The notes under the pieces were generated by a model that was not told the DNA's origin, made no database searches, and was given only the letters and a program-made list of their open reading frames with translations. This document shows positions 56,154 through 64,000 of a stretch of DNA of 64,000 nucleotides, in pieces (position 1 is the first letter of the stretch; the number at the start of each line of letters is the position of its first letter). Source of the stretch: a virus; the IMG/VR virus record IMGVR_UViG_3300030107_001603, positions 3,637-67,636 of that record; one strand, 5' to 3'. Both the position numbers and the translations under genes were made by a program.

Positions 56154-56642
56154 ATGGCATTTAAAATGAAAGGAAGTCCTATTAAATTAGGTAAAATACA
56201 AGGGACATCAAGCCACACGTCTGCTTTAAAGCAAACCTACGTTGAAAACGTACCAGAAGGATCTGGTATGGTAAATTTAGACGGAACAGACTATCATAAA
56301 GGAGAGGGTCTAACTATAATACCTTGGTCTGAAGAAGCAGAGGCAGCACATAAAGCAAATGAAAGACGTTTATTTTCACTACCTCCTGGGACTATGACGG
56401 CCGACGAGATGAACGCGGAGTTAGCAAAAACTAGACATTTAGTTAACCCTAATCCTGAGGAAGTGATTGAAGAACCAACAGTATATCCAAAAAACCCAAA
56501 AGAACCAAGAGGGAAGAAGCAAAAAAGAAGAGGAAAGATGAAAAAAGTAAGACGTCCAAAAAGTAAAAAAACTAAGAATTTAGTTACTGGTGGATGGAAC
56601 GTGACCAGTGGAAGAACTGGTAGAACACGTCACAAGTGGTAG
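56154..56642 (+). CDS. MAFKMKG-motif protein with basic tail
   Basis: N-terminal MAFKMKGSP; K/R-rich C-terminus. Confidence 0.6.
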   Translation: MAFKMKGSPIKLGKIQGTSSHTSALKQTYVENVPEGSGMVNLDGTDYHKGEGLTIIPWSEEAEAAHKANERRLFSLPPGTMTADEMNAELAKTRHLVNPNPEEVIEEPTVYPKNPKEPRGKKQKRRGKMKKVRRPKSKKTKNLVTGGWNVTSGRTGRTRHKW

Positions 56643-56694
56643 ATAAATAGGGAAGTACCCTATACCAAATATTAACCAAATAAAACCAAAAATT

Positions 56695-56985
56695 ATGACT
56701 TATTTGTATTACAAAAGTTCGTATACCACGAACACAACTAAACCGAATGAAAAAACTATGAACCAATGGAAGCATTTAGCTAATAAAGCTAACTGGCGTA
56801 TAACCCAACTTCCAAACGGCTTCTACCAAACAGAGTGCTCTAATCCAGATAACGAGGAATGGCATGCTGTTACAAGACGGGAGACGATCGAAGGTGCTGA
56901 AACAGCAATTGACGGAAGCATCGATCATTTCTCTAAGAAAATAGAAGCTACACAAGGACCTAAAGTTATAAAAACATTCAAATAG
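56695..56985 (+). CDS. Conserved hypothetical protein
   Basis: ORF directly before groEL. Confidence 0.6.
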   Translation: MTYLYYKSSYTTNTTKPNEKTMNQWKHLANKANWRITQLPNGFYQTECSNPDNEEWHAVTRRETIEGAETAIDGSIDHFSKKIEATQGPKVIKTFK

Positions 56986-57007
56986 AAACACAATTAAATT
57001 AAATTAA

Positions 57008-58576
57008 ATGGAATACAATCTACCTAGCGAGATTGTCAAAGACTTAAACTTTGGCGATTCCGCTAAACAACGAATTATTAAAGGAGTAGACAAATTAGCA
57101 CAAGCTGTTAAATCTACTCTAGGAGCCTCTGGAAAGTGTGTAATATATGAAGATGCACGAGGCAAACCGGTTATCACAAAAGACGGAGTAACAGTAGCAG
57201 AATCTGTTGTCTTATATGATCCGGTTGAAAACATGGGTGCTACTCTTATTAAAGAAGCAGCTAGAAACACAGTAAAAGAAGCTGGAGACGGAACAACAAC
57301 AGCAACTGTTTTAGCTGAAGCCCTAATTAAAGAGGTCAATAAAAGAGAATATATTGGCAAAACTATTAGAGAAATTAAGGAAGGAATTAACTCAGGTTTA
57401 GAAAAAGTTAATAAATACCTCAAAGAAAACGCTCTTGAGATCAAAGGAGACATGCTTCAGAGTGTTAGCGCTATTAGTTGTAACAATGATTTAGCCCTTG
57501 GAAAAATTATATCAGAAGCTTATGAAAAAGTAGGGAAAGACGGTGTTGTTCTGATGGAGGGATCAGAAACTGAAAATACTTACGTTGAGATAGTCGACGG
57601 AGTACAAATAGAATCTGGACTTACATCACCACACTTCGTTACTGACACAGACAAACAAAGGTCTATATTGGAAAATCCATTAGTTCTAATAGTAATGTCA
57701 GAAATCCCAAATGTTAGAAAGATACAAAACGTATTAGAATTTGCTATTAAGAACAACCGATCTTTACTTATAGTAGCTCCAGTAGCACAGCAAGTAAAAT
57801 CGGCGCTTTTAATGAATAAAGTTAAGGGTAATATTAAAGTAAATATTATAGACCCACCAGGATTTGGTCCAACTAAAAAGGACACATGTGAAGATTTAGC
57901 TATATTAACTGGTGCTACGGTAATTAACGAAGAACTAGGAGATGATTTAGATGGTATATCGTTAAATATTTTAGGAGAAGTTGAAAAATCAGTTACAGAT
58001 AGTAAAAATACTGTTTTAACTACTTCAGATACAACAGAAGATGTTACCGAAAGAATAGAAGAGGTAAAGAAGTTAAAAAAGAAAGAAAAGAATGGTTTTC
58101 TTAAGAAACAAATAGAACAAAGATTAGCAATGCTTTCTGGCTCTGTAGGAGTAATAAAAGTAGGCGCTGACTCTAAAGTAGAATTAAAAGAGAAGAAAGA
58201 TAGAGTAGAAGACGCAATATATGCTACAAAAGCTGCATTAAAGGAAGGTATTGTTCCGGGCGGTGGGATTGCATTGTTGAATGCTTCTCAATGTATAGAG
58301 CCTGAAAACGTTGGAGAAAAAATACTGTTAAACGCAATTAAAGCACCGTTCGTAACAATACTACATAACGCTGGTATAGAAGATTATGAACTTCCGAATG
58401 TTAAAGGAATGGGAATTGACGTTATTAGTGGCGAAATGGTAGATATGGTTAAATACGGCGTTATCGATCCAGTATTAGTAACAAAATCAGCGCTAAAGAA
58501 CGCAATTTCCGTAATTAACACTATAATTTCCGCAAATTGTGTGATATCTAATATAAGAGTAAATGAAAGCAGTTAA
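57008..58576 (+). CDS. groEL: Phage chaperonin GroEL-like
   Basis: 'AVKSTLG', 'ITKDGVTVA', 'AGDGTTTATVLA', 'GIVPGGG', 'GVIDP'; no GGM tail. Confidence 0.95.
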   Translation: MEYNLPSEIVKDLNFGDSAKQRIIKGVDKLAQAVKSTLGASGKCVIYEDARGKPVITKDGVTVAESVVLYDPVENMGATLIKEAARNTVKEAGDGTTTATVLAEALIKEVNKREYIGKTIREIKEGINSGLEKVNKYLKENALEIKGDMLQSVSAISCNNDLALGKIISEAYEKVGKDGVVLMEGSETENTYVEIVDGVQIESGLTSPHFVTDTDKQRSILENPLVLIVMSEIPNVRKIQNVLEFAIKNNRSLLIVAPVAQQVKSALLMNKVKGNIKVNIIDPPGFGPTKKDTCEDLAILTGATVINEELGDDLDGISLNILGEVEKSVTDSKNTVLTTSDTTEDVTERIEEVKKLKKKEKNGFLKKQIEQRLAMLSGSVGVIKVGADSKVELKEKKDRVEDAIYATKAALKEGIVPGGGIALLNASQCIEPENVGEKILLNAIKAPFVTILHNAGIEDYELPNVKGMGIDVISGEMVDMVKYGVIDPVLVTKSALKNAISVINTIISANCVISNIRVNESS

Positions 58577-58820
58577 TCATTACCTCGTTATAGAGAGAAT
58601 AAAGGACGAACCTACAAAAGTAGGTGGGCTAATCCTTACAGAACAAACAGACGAAGACAATAGGTATTTAAAGGCAAAAGTAATATCTATTGGTAATCTT
58701 GTTGAAGGAATAAAAGAGAACGATATAATACACTATGATAAACATGCTGGGCATGGAATTCAGCATAAAGATAAATTTTACCACGTTATAAAACAAATGG
58801 ATGTGGTACTTATAGATTAG
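58563..58820 (+). CDS. groES: Co-chaperonin GroES-like
   Basis: 'TKVGGLIL' mobile loop; 'AKVISIG'; overlaps the groEL 3' end. Confidence 0.85.
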   Translation: MKAVNHYLVIERIKDEPTKVGGLILTEQTDEDNRYLKAKVISIGNLVEGIKENDIIHYDKHAGHGIQHKDKFYHVIKQMDVVLID

Positions 58821-58894
58821 ACCTAAACCATAAACCGAATCCAAAGACTTAAAACGACAATTAACCTAATTATTAACTAAAAAAACTAAAAAAC

Positions 58895-59254
58895 ATGGAA
58901 CCATATTTGTATTTTATGGAAGAAACAGATGGAGCTTTTGATGCTGCTAATGATGCTATGTGTAGACCGTTATCTCAATTTAGAGGTTTTGGTATTGTTG
59001 CTTCGACAACATCACTTGAATTACACTTTGATAGTATGTTAGGTACTGGTGCTGATATTGCTGCTGTGGATAAAGTTGTTTTAACTGTTACAGCTAACAC
59101 GCAAAAATCAGTTATACAATACCTTGTCCAACTGTTTAATGGTGCTAAATCTCCAACTTCAGATGGATTTTTAGTAATTTCAGATGACTCAAACTCAGTG
59201 TTTGCTCATCCTGATATTACTGGTTGCGCTATTACAGTTACTGCTGCTGCTTAA
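58895..59254 (+). CDS. Hypothetical (possibly structural) protein
   Basis: A/T/D-rich ORF. Confidence 0.5.
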   Translation: MEPYLYFMEETDGAFDAANDAMCRPLSQFRGFGIVASTTSLELHFDSMLGTGADIAAVDKVVLTVTANTQKSVIQYLVQLFNGAKSPTSDGFLVISDDSNSVFAHPDITGCAITVTAAA

Positions 59255-59260
59255 TCCTAA

Positions 59261-59701
59261 ATGAGATTAACAGCGCAGGATCTGCGTGAAATGAACATCC
59301 TTAAGTATTACAGGCTCACAAGAAAGTGGGCTTGTAAGACTTACGGATTAACAGACGCGGATTTAGAATTATTAATTTATTTAGATTGTAAAGGAAGATT
59401 TACACGACAAGAGTTTATAGATGGTACTTATACTATGAGTTGGGATAAGAACCGTTGGGAGAAACTACGAAGGTTAGGTTGGATAGAAACCTGGAGACAT
59501 AGAAATAGAACAACAATAAAATACTCGGTGTTTAAAACATCATTCAAATGTTCTCAGTTAATATCTAGAATATATAGAGTTTTGTTAGGTGAAGAAGATT
59601 TACCAACATCAGAAAGAAGTACTTTTTATAATAATAAATCATATACAGATAAGGTTTTTAACAAGTCTATAGATGATATGATAAAAGATAAAACAAGATA
59701 A
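59261..59701 (+). CDS. Winged-helix-like DNA-binding protein
   Basis: 'YGLTDADLELLIYL...LRRLGWI' MarR-like pattern. Confidence 0.5.
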   Translation: MRLTAQDLREMNILKYYRLTRKWACKTYGLTDADLELLIYLDCKGRFTRQEFIDGTYTMSWDKNRWEKLRRLGWIETWRHRNRTTIKYSVFKTSFKCSQLISRIYRVLLGEEDLPTSERSTFYNNKSYTDKVFNKSIDDMIKDKTR

Positions 59702-59702
59702 T

Positions 59703-60098
59703 ATGGCTTTTAAACTAGTAAAATCCACATTAAAAGGTAGTGGACCACATAAAGATATGGTTTTTAAAATGAAAAGAAAAAAACTAGAAGATGGAATAGC
59801 TGGTGAAGCTAATAATGATGGCACTATCTTTGTTAATAAAAATATACCTAAAGGAAGTCCACTAGAAGCAGAGGTTGTAGCCCATGAAGGAGATCATATG
59901 GCTAGAATGGAAAAAGGTGAATTAGGTTATTCAGATAACGACGTAACCTGGAGAGGTAAAAAATATCCTAGAAAGGATGGAAAAATATTATACCAAGGAA
60001 CTTGGAGAGAAGAAGGTTGGGAACAATTTCCATGGGAAAAATTAGCTTACAAAGTAGGTACGAAAGCTAAAAAAGAAGCTGAAAAGAAAAATACATAA
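59703..60098 (+). CDS. MAFK-motif protein with zincin-like HExxH
   Basis: 'MAFKL...VFKMK', 'GTIFVN...VVAHEGDH'. Confidence 0.55.
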   Translation: MAFKLVKSTLKGSGPHKDMVFKMKRKKLEDGIAGEANNDGTIFVNKNIPKGSPLEAEVVAHEGDHMARMEKGELGYSDNDVTWRGKKYPRKDGKILYQGTWREEGWEQFPWEKLAYKVGTKAKKEAEKKNT

Positions 60099-60108
60099 AA
60101 TTAAAAAA

Positions 60109-60492
60109 ATGGCAAGAAAATCAAAAGCAACATTTAAAATGAAGGGACATACTCTTCCTGGAATAAATCAAAAATCAGAAACAGCAAATTTAAAAGATGG
60201 TAGATCTCCTTCTTCTGCTTTTCAAATGAAAGAATCTGGAGACAGTCCTAATAAGCTTGTTGGATTAGCTGCCGGAGCTTTGTTCGGCCAAACAAAATTT
60301 GGAAAAAATTTAATGGGCAAAGGTAAAAACCTACTAGGTAATATAGGTAGTAAACTTGGTTTTGGTGGAGCTGGCGGTGGTAATGAAGACGCTGAAGCTG
60401 GTAAAGAACTTTTAAAAGAAGAAGCTAAGAAAGAGATGGAAGGAGAAACTGCGATGGCGATGAAACTAAAAACAGGTAAAAAAAAACAATAG
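60109..60492 (+). CDS. FKMKG-motif protein
   Basis: 'ATFKMKG' near the N-terminus. Confidence 0.55.
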   Translation: MARKSKATFKMKGHTLPGINQKSETANLKDGRSPSSAFQMKESGDSPNKLVGLAAGALFGQTKFGKNLMGKGKNLLGNIGSKLGFGGAGGGNEDAEAGKELLKEEAKKEMEGETAMAMKLKTGKKKQ

Positions 60493-60537
60493 GAGGTAAA
60501 TTAAACGAGGGAACATCCCCTCATCAAAACTTATAAT

Positions 60538-60993
60538 ATGAACACAAATGGATTAAGTCCACTAATGCAAGCTGCGGTAGGTGGAGAAACACAAAAAGAA
60601 GGTATTTTAGGAGGACAAGAAATAGCTAAACAAAATGAAAACTTTGAATTAGACGAGGAAAATGGAACATTGATGACAACAGAACAATTTGGAGGAGAAG
60701 AAGGAATTCCAATTAACGATCCTGACAATATATTGGAAGGAGCTCCTTATGGTAGTGACGATTTTGAATATAAATATAAAGTAGAAGAAGATGGTAGTTA
60801 TACGTTAATAAGTAAAAGAGAAACCTCAGTAGAACCTAAGCAAGAGGGAGGATTTGGAGCTAAAGGTTATCATAAAGCAGGTGGTTTAAGAACAGGTGAC
60901 ACACCAATGGAAATGCGTTCTCCATATAAAAACTATCAAAATCCTCAAGACTACAAGGTTTTTAATTGGGGAAATAAACCAATTCCTTTTTAA
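60538..60993 (+). CDS. Acidic hypothetical protein
   Basis: ORF in the + arm. Confidence 0.5.
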   Translation: MNTNGLSPLMQAAVGGETQKEGILGGQEIAKQNENFELDEENGTLMTTEQFGGEEGIPINDPDNILEGAPYGSDDFEYKYKVEEDGSYTLISKRETSVEPKQEGGFGAKGYHKAGGLRTGDTPMEMRSPYKNYQNPQDYKVFNWGNKPIPF

Positions 60994-61013
60994 AAACGTA
61001 AAAATATTGATAT

Positions 61014-61406
61014 ATGAATATATTAGGAAAAATATTTTCAGGTGGGGCAACTGAACTAGTAAAAGGTGTAGGTGGAGTTATAGACAATTTACACACATCT
61101 AAGGAAGAAAAGCTTGAAGCTGAAAAGAAAATAAAAGATATGATAATGGGTTATGAAGCTAATATGCAAAAGCAAATAACCGAAAGATGGGGTATGGATA
61201 TGAAATCTGACTCTTGGTTATCAAAAAATATAAGACCAATGACTTTGGCTTTTTTAGTTATATCTACAGTATTAATGATATTTATTGATGCTGGAGTTAT
61301 ATCTTTTGAAGTTAAAGATACTTGGGTAGACTTATTACAATTAGTATTAATAACGGTGATTGGTGCCTACTTCGGTGGTAGATCACTAGAAAAAGTAAAA
61401 AAATAA
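61014..61406 (+). CDS. Holin (3TM / GTA-release family-like)
   Basis: 'DSWLSKNIRP', TM helices, 'AYFGGRSLEK'. Confidence 0.75.
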   Translation: MNILGKIFSGGATELVKGVGGVIDNLHTSKEEKLEAEKKIKDMIMGYEANMQKQITERWGMDMKSDSWLSKNIRPMTLAFLVISTVLMIFIDAGVISFEVKDTWVDLLQLVLITVIGAYFGGRSLEKVKK

Positions 61407-61407
61407 A

Positions 61408-61776
61408 ATGGGAATAAATTCAACAGAAGTAAGTTATGGCTTTGGACAAATGGGTAGTATGTTTAATGATGGTACTGCTGCAATGACGCCTCCTACTAAC
61501 AAGGTGTTTGTAGCTATAACTATGCTAGCTGATACCACGTTTGATTCTAGCGGTGGTTTAAAAGCAGATAACGATTCAGCTGGAGCAGGATTAGAGTATA
61601 TTGGCACTGAAGCTGCTGCTCACAATTTAAGCGTTGCGTCTGAAACAACCTCTTCAGGTGGTGGAGGTTTACAAGTGGATGTGAGTAATACTTTTCCAAA
61701 AGGTGTTACTATCTATGGAAGATGGACTGAAATTGATTTAGCATCAGGAATGGTTGTAGCTTATATAGGAGACTAA
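61408..61776 (+). CDS. Putative structural protein
   Basis: G/S/T-rich; 'FPKGVTIYGRWT'. Confidence 0.45.
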   Translation: MGINSTEVSYGFGQMGSMFNDGTAAMTPPTNKVFVAITMLADTTFDSSGGLKADNDSAGAGLEYIGTEAAAHNLSVASETTSSGGGGLQVDVSNTFPKGVTIYGRWTEIDLASGMVVAYIGD

Positions 61777-62474
61777 TGTTAGGATTAGGAAGCAGTTTAG
61801 TTACAAGTGGAGCTCCTAGCGAGTGGACACCAAATAATATATCAAGTTTACTACATTGGTATAAATACAATACTGGTATATCTACTGACTCAGAAGACGA
61901 CGTAACTGTTTGGGCGGATCAAAAAGGTAGTAATAATTTAACATCAGTAGGTGATCCATCAACACAAAGTCCATCGTGGGATAGCACAAACAAAGCTGTT
62001 CATTTTGACGCATCAGGAGATATACTGACGTTTGGATCTTCGTTAGATTTAGGCACATTCGCTATATATGTTAGATGTGAAATGGCTAATTTTGATGGTG
62101 ATTTTCTTTTTGAAGAAACTTCTGTTGATTTCTGGAAGATACATGACGCAAATAACGTTAGAATAAAAATAGATGGAGGGACAAGACACGATGTGTCATC
62201 TGGTATTTCTTTAAGCGTGAATACTAAATATAATTTTGGATTAGAAAGAGAAGATACTGGAAGTACAACTGATGATCAAATATACTTCCTTTTAGATGGG
62301 GTTAGTAAAACTTTTGATACAGGAGATGGAACACAAAATATTACAGGTCAGTTTGAAATAAGTAGAGTGGGTCAACCAGCAACAGACGTGAAATTCTACG
62401 AAATAATAATATGTAACAACGCTCTTAGCGCGAGTGATAGAACTGCATTACAAACATATTTAGCAGGTATATAA
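61776..62474 (+). CDS. Concanavalin A/LamG-like virion protein
   Basis: 'MLGLG' start; 'VTVWADQKGSNN...FYEIII.NNALS..DR..LQTYL'. Confidence 0.55.
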   Translation: MLGLGSSLVTSGAPSEWTPNNISSLLHWYKYNTGISTDSEDDVTVWADQKGSNNLTSVGDPSTQSPSWDSTNKAVHFDASGDILTFGSSLDLGTFAIYVRCEMANFDGDFLFEETSVDFWKIHDANNVRIKIDGGTRHDVSSGISLSVNTKYNFGLEREDTGSTTDDQIYFLLDGVSKTFDTGDGTQNITGQFEISRVGQPATDVKFYEIIICNNALSASDRTALQTYLAGI

Positions 62475-62496
62475 CAATTAACTTAAATTAAATAAA

Positions 62497-62784
62497 ATGG
62501 CAAAAAACACAAGTAAAAAAATCAAGGAATTGAAGGCTGAAAAACCTTCTAAAATTACAAACGAAGAATTAAATAAAGTACAATCTATAGTTAACGATCT
62601 AAATAGAGCACAATTAGAAATAGGTAGTTTTGAAAGCAAAAAGCACAATCTTTTACATCATGTATCTATTTTACAAGAAAGGTTAGGCGCGATGCAAACT
62701 GAATTTGAGAAGATATATGGCACAGCGGATATCAATATTCAAGATGGTACTATAAACCATGAAAAAGATGAGCAAACTAATTAG
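62497..62784 (+). CDS. Coiled-coil hypothetical protein
   Basis: Heptad pattern; 'YG...INIQDG'. Confidence 0.55.
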   Translation: MAKNTSKKIKELKAEKPSKITNEELNKVQSIVNDLNRAQLEIGSFESKKHNLLHHVSILQERLGAMQTEFEKIYGTADINIQDGTINHEKDEQTN

Positions 62785-62989
62785 AAAGATTACTGTAGGT
62801 AAAGACTATAAAAATGATGCTATGCATTATTCCGTAGGTCAAGAGGTGTATGGAGGACATAAGATTTGCGATATAATAGAAGAAGATGATAAATATTCTA
62901 TTTATATTAGAAAAAATAAAGACGTATTACCTTGGAAGGACTTTAACAAAAATATGGCTATATCTATAGAATATAACCTAGAATATTAA
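62768..62989 (+). CDS. Conserved hypothetical protein (likely start MSKLIRK)
   Basis: Coupled to both neighbours. Confidence 0.55.
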   Translation: MSKLIRKITVGKDYKNDAMHYSVGQEVYGGHKICDIIEEDDKYSIYIRKNKDVLPWKDFNKNMAISIEYNLEY

Positions 62990-63579
62990 TGAAAGCGCCT
63001 TTTGACTTTGTTATAGAGCCAAAAGGAAATAGATATAACAATACAACTAAAGTTGGTGATAAAGATCTTATTATTAATACTGAAATTTATAATCATCAAT
63101 TTGTAAATAGAGAAGCTATTGTTAAGTCAGTTCCTACGGCTTTCAAAACAGATATAAAACCAGGAGATACCATTATAACGCATCACAACGTGTTTAGACG
63201 TTGGCATGATGTTAAGGGTAGAGAAAAGAACAGTAGAAGTTATTTTAACGAAAATACTTATCTAGTAAAAGAAGATCAAGTTTTTTTGTATAAAAGAAAC
63301 GGAGAGTGGAAAGCTCCTAAAGGATATTGCTTTGTACAACCTATTAAGGAAAGAAATAAATTAGGAGTAGACCAAGAAGAATCATGTGTTGGTATTGTTA
63401 AGCATACAGATGGTTCTTACAGGAAAGGTGATTTAATAGGTTTCACACCTTTCTCAACTTACGAATTTATAATAGACGGAAAACGTTTATATAGAGTTAT
63501 GACACAATTTATTACAATTAAATATGAATACGAAGGAAACGAAGAAGAATATAATCCAAGCTGGGCAGAAGGCAGTTGA
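62989..63579 (+). CDS. Tandem GroES-like fold protein
   Basis: Two GroES-like units: 'FVIEP...AIVKSVP...IKPGD' and 'CFVQP...GIVKH...KGD'. Confidence 0.45.
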   Translation: MKAPFDFVIEPKGNRYNNTTKVGDKDLIINTEIYNHQFVNREAIVKSVPTAFKTDIKPGDTIITHHNVFRRWHDVKGREKNSRSYFNENTYLVKEDQVFLYKRNGEWKAPKGYCFVQPIKERNKLGVDQEESCVGIVKHTDGSYRKGDLIGFTPFSTYEFIIDGKRLYRVMTQFITIKYEYEGNEEEYNPSWAEGS

Positions 63580-63799
63580 AGAACTGATTAAAGTCGCTAA
63601 AGAACCGATTGTAGATTCAGACGACGATATATCAGCAGATAGATTAAAAAATGCCGCAGCTACTAAAAAACTAGCTATATTTGACGCATTTGAAATACTC
63701 ACAAGAATCCAAGAAGAAGAAAACCTGCTTGAGGGCAAAGCACCTGAAGAGGGAAAGAAAAAAGTCTTTAAAGGATTCGCAGAAGGTAGATCTAAGTAA
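63524..63799 (+). CDS. Putative terminase small subunit
   Basis: Small helical ORF directly upstream of, and TAATG-coupled to, the putative TerL. Confidence 0.5.
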   Translation: MNTKETKKNIIQAGQKAVEELIKVAKEPIVDSDDDISADRLKNAAATKKLAIFDAFEILTRIQEEENLLEGKAPEEGKKKVFKGFAEGRSK

Positions 63800-64000
63800 T
63801 GTACAAGCAAAGTTTAGTTAAGACCGTAGAACCCATTAAAAAGACCACGGTTACGAGAATGAATCGAGGTAAGAAATGGAAATACGGATACAATAAAGAG
63901 TACGACTTAATTGTGTTATCACACAATGGAGTTATAGGTGAAATTATAGAGATACAAAATTTAATTATAGCGCTACCGAAACCACCTAAAGAAGTATATA
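63799..64000 (+). CDS. Putative terminase large subunit, N-terminus (3' truncated)
   Basis: Open to the window end (MYKQSLVKTVEPIKK...KWKYGYNKEYD...IALPK); synteny TerS-TerL-portal; ATPase motifs lie outside the window. Confidence 0.55.
   Translation, partial: MYKQSLVKTVEPIKKTTVTRMNRGKKWKYGYNKEYDLIVLSHNGVIGEIIEIQNLIIALPKPPKEVY

Noticed and set aside
1346-63810. Numerous short antisense ORFs in the ORF track (e.g. 11675-11905, 28292-28825, 57004-57453)
   Set aside because: Shadows of long genes on the opposite strand, with no independent motifs or starts
1-64000. Stop-codon reassignment as in some crAss-like phages
   Set aside because: Standard-code ORFs tile the window densely and TAA, TAG and TGA all end genes

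Overview
An AT-rich, almost complete tailed-phage genome. It reads from the 3' end of the portal gene round to the 5' end of the large terminase gene. The structural module resembles that of crAss-like podoviruses. A Bacteroidota (probably marine Flavobacteriia) host is inferred from a T9SS-type C-terminal signal, an Hc1-like protein, a DLPF-ended SSB and Shine-Dalgarno-free, A/T-rich translation starts. Layout: (+) 1-35.7 kb holds capsid, tail, ejection proteins (one of 4058 aa), an envelope cassette and lysis genes; (-) 35.8-55.1 kb holds nucleotide metabolism, replication/recombination, a sigma factor and many small early genes; (+) 55.4-64 kb holds small proteins, GroEL/GroES, holin and terminase. 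Most notable: (1) the 4058-aa protein looks like a polyprotein, with a zincin protease motif followed by modules (sigma70-like region 2-3, a P-loop kinase nested in a HAD phosphatase, others) each bounded by a repeated [N/M/Q]FSK motif; (2) eight copies of a 32-bp promoter-like motif that does not match the Bacteroidota consensus; (3) three non-canonical tRNA-like elements, all ending N-CUA instead of N-CCA; (4) a thymidylate-synthase homologue with the dCMP-specifying Asp of T4 gp42; (5) a paired inverted repeat linking a Rep-like HTH gene to the divergent intergenic region, with no DNA polymerase seen. All calls come from motif recognition by eye; no searches were run.
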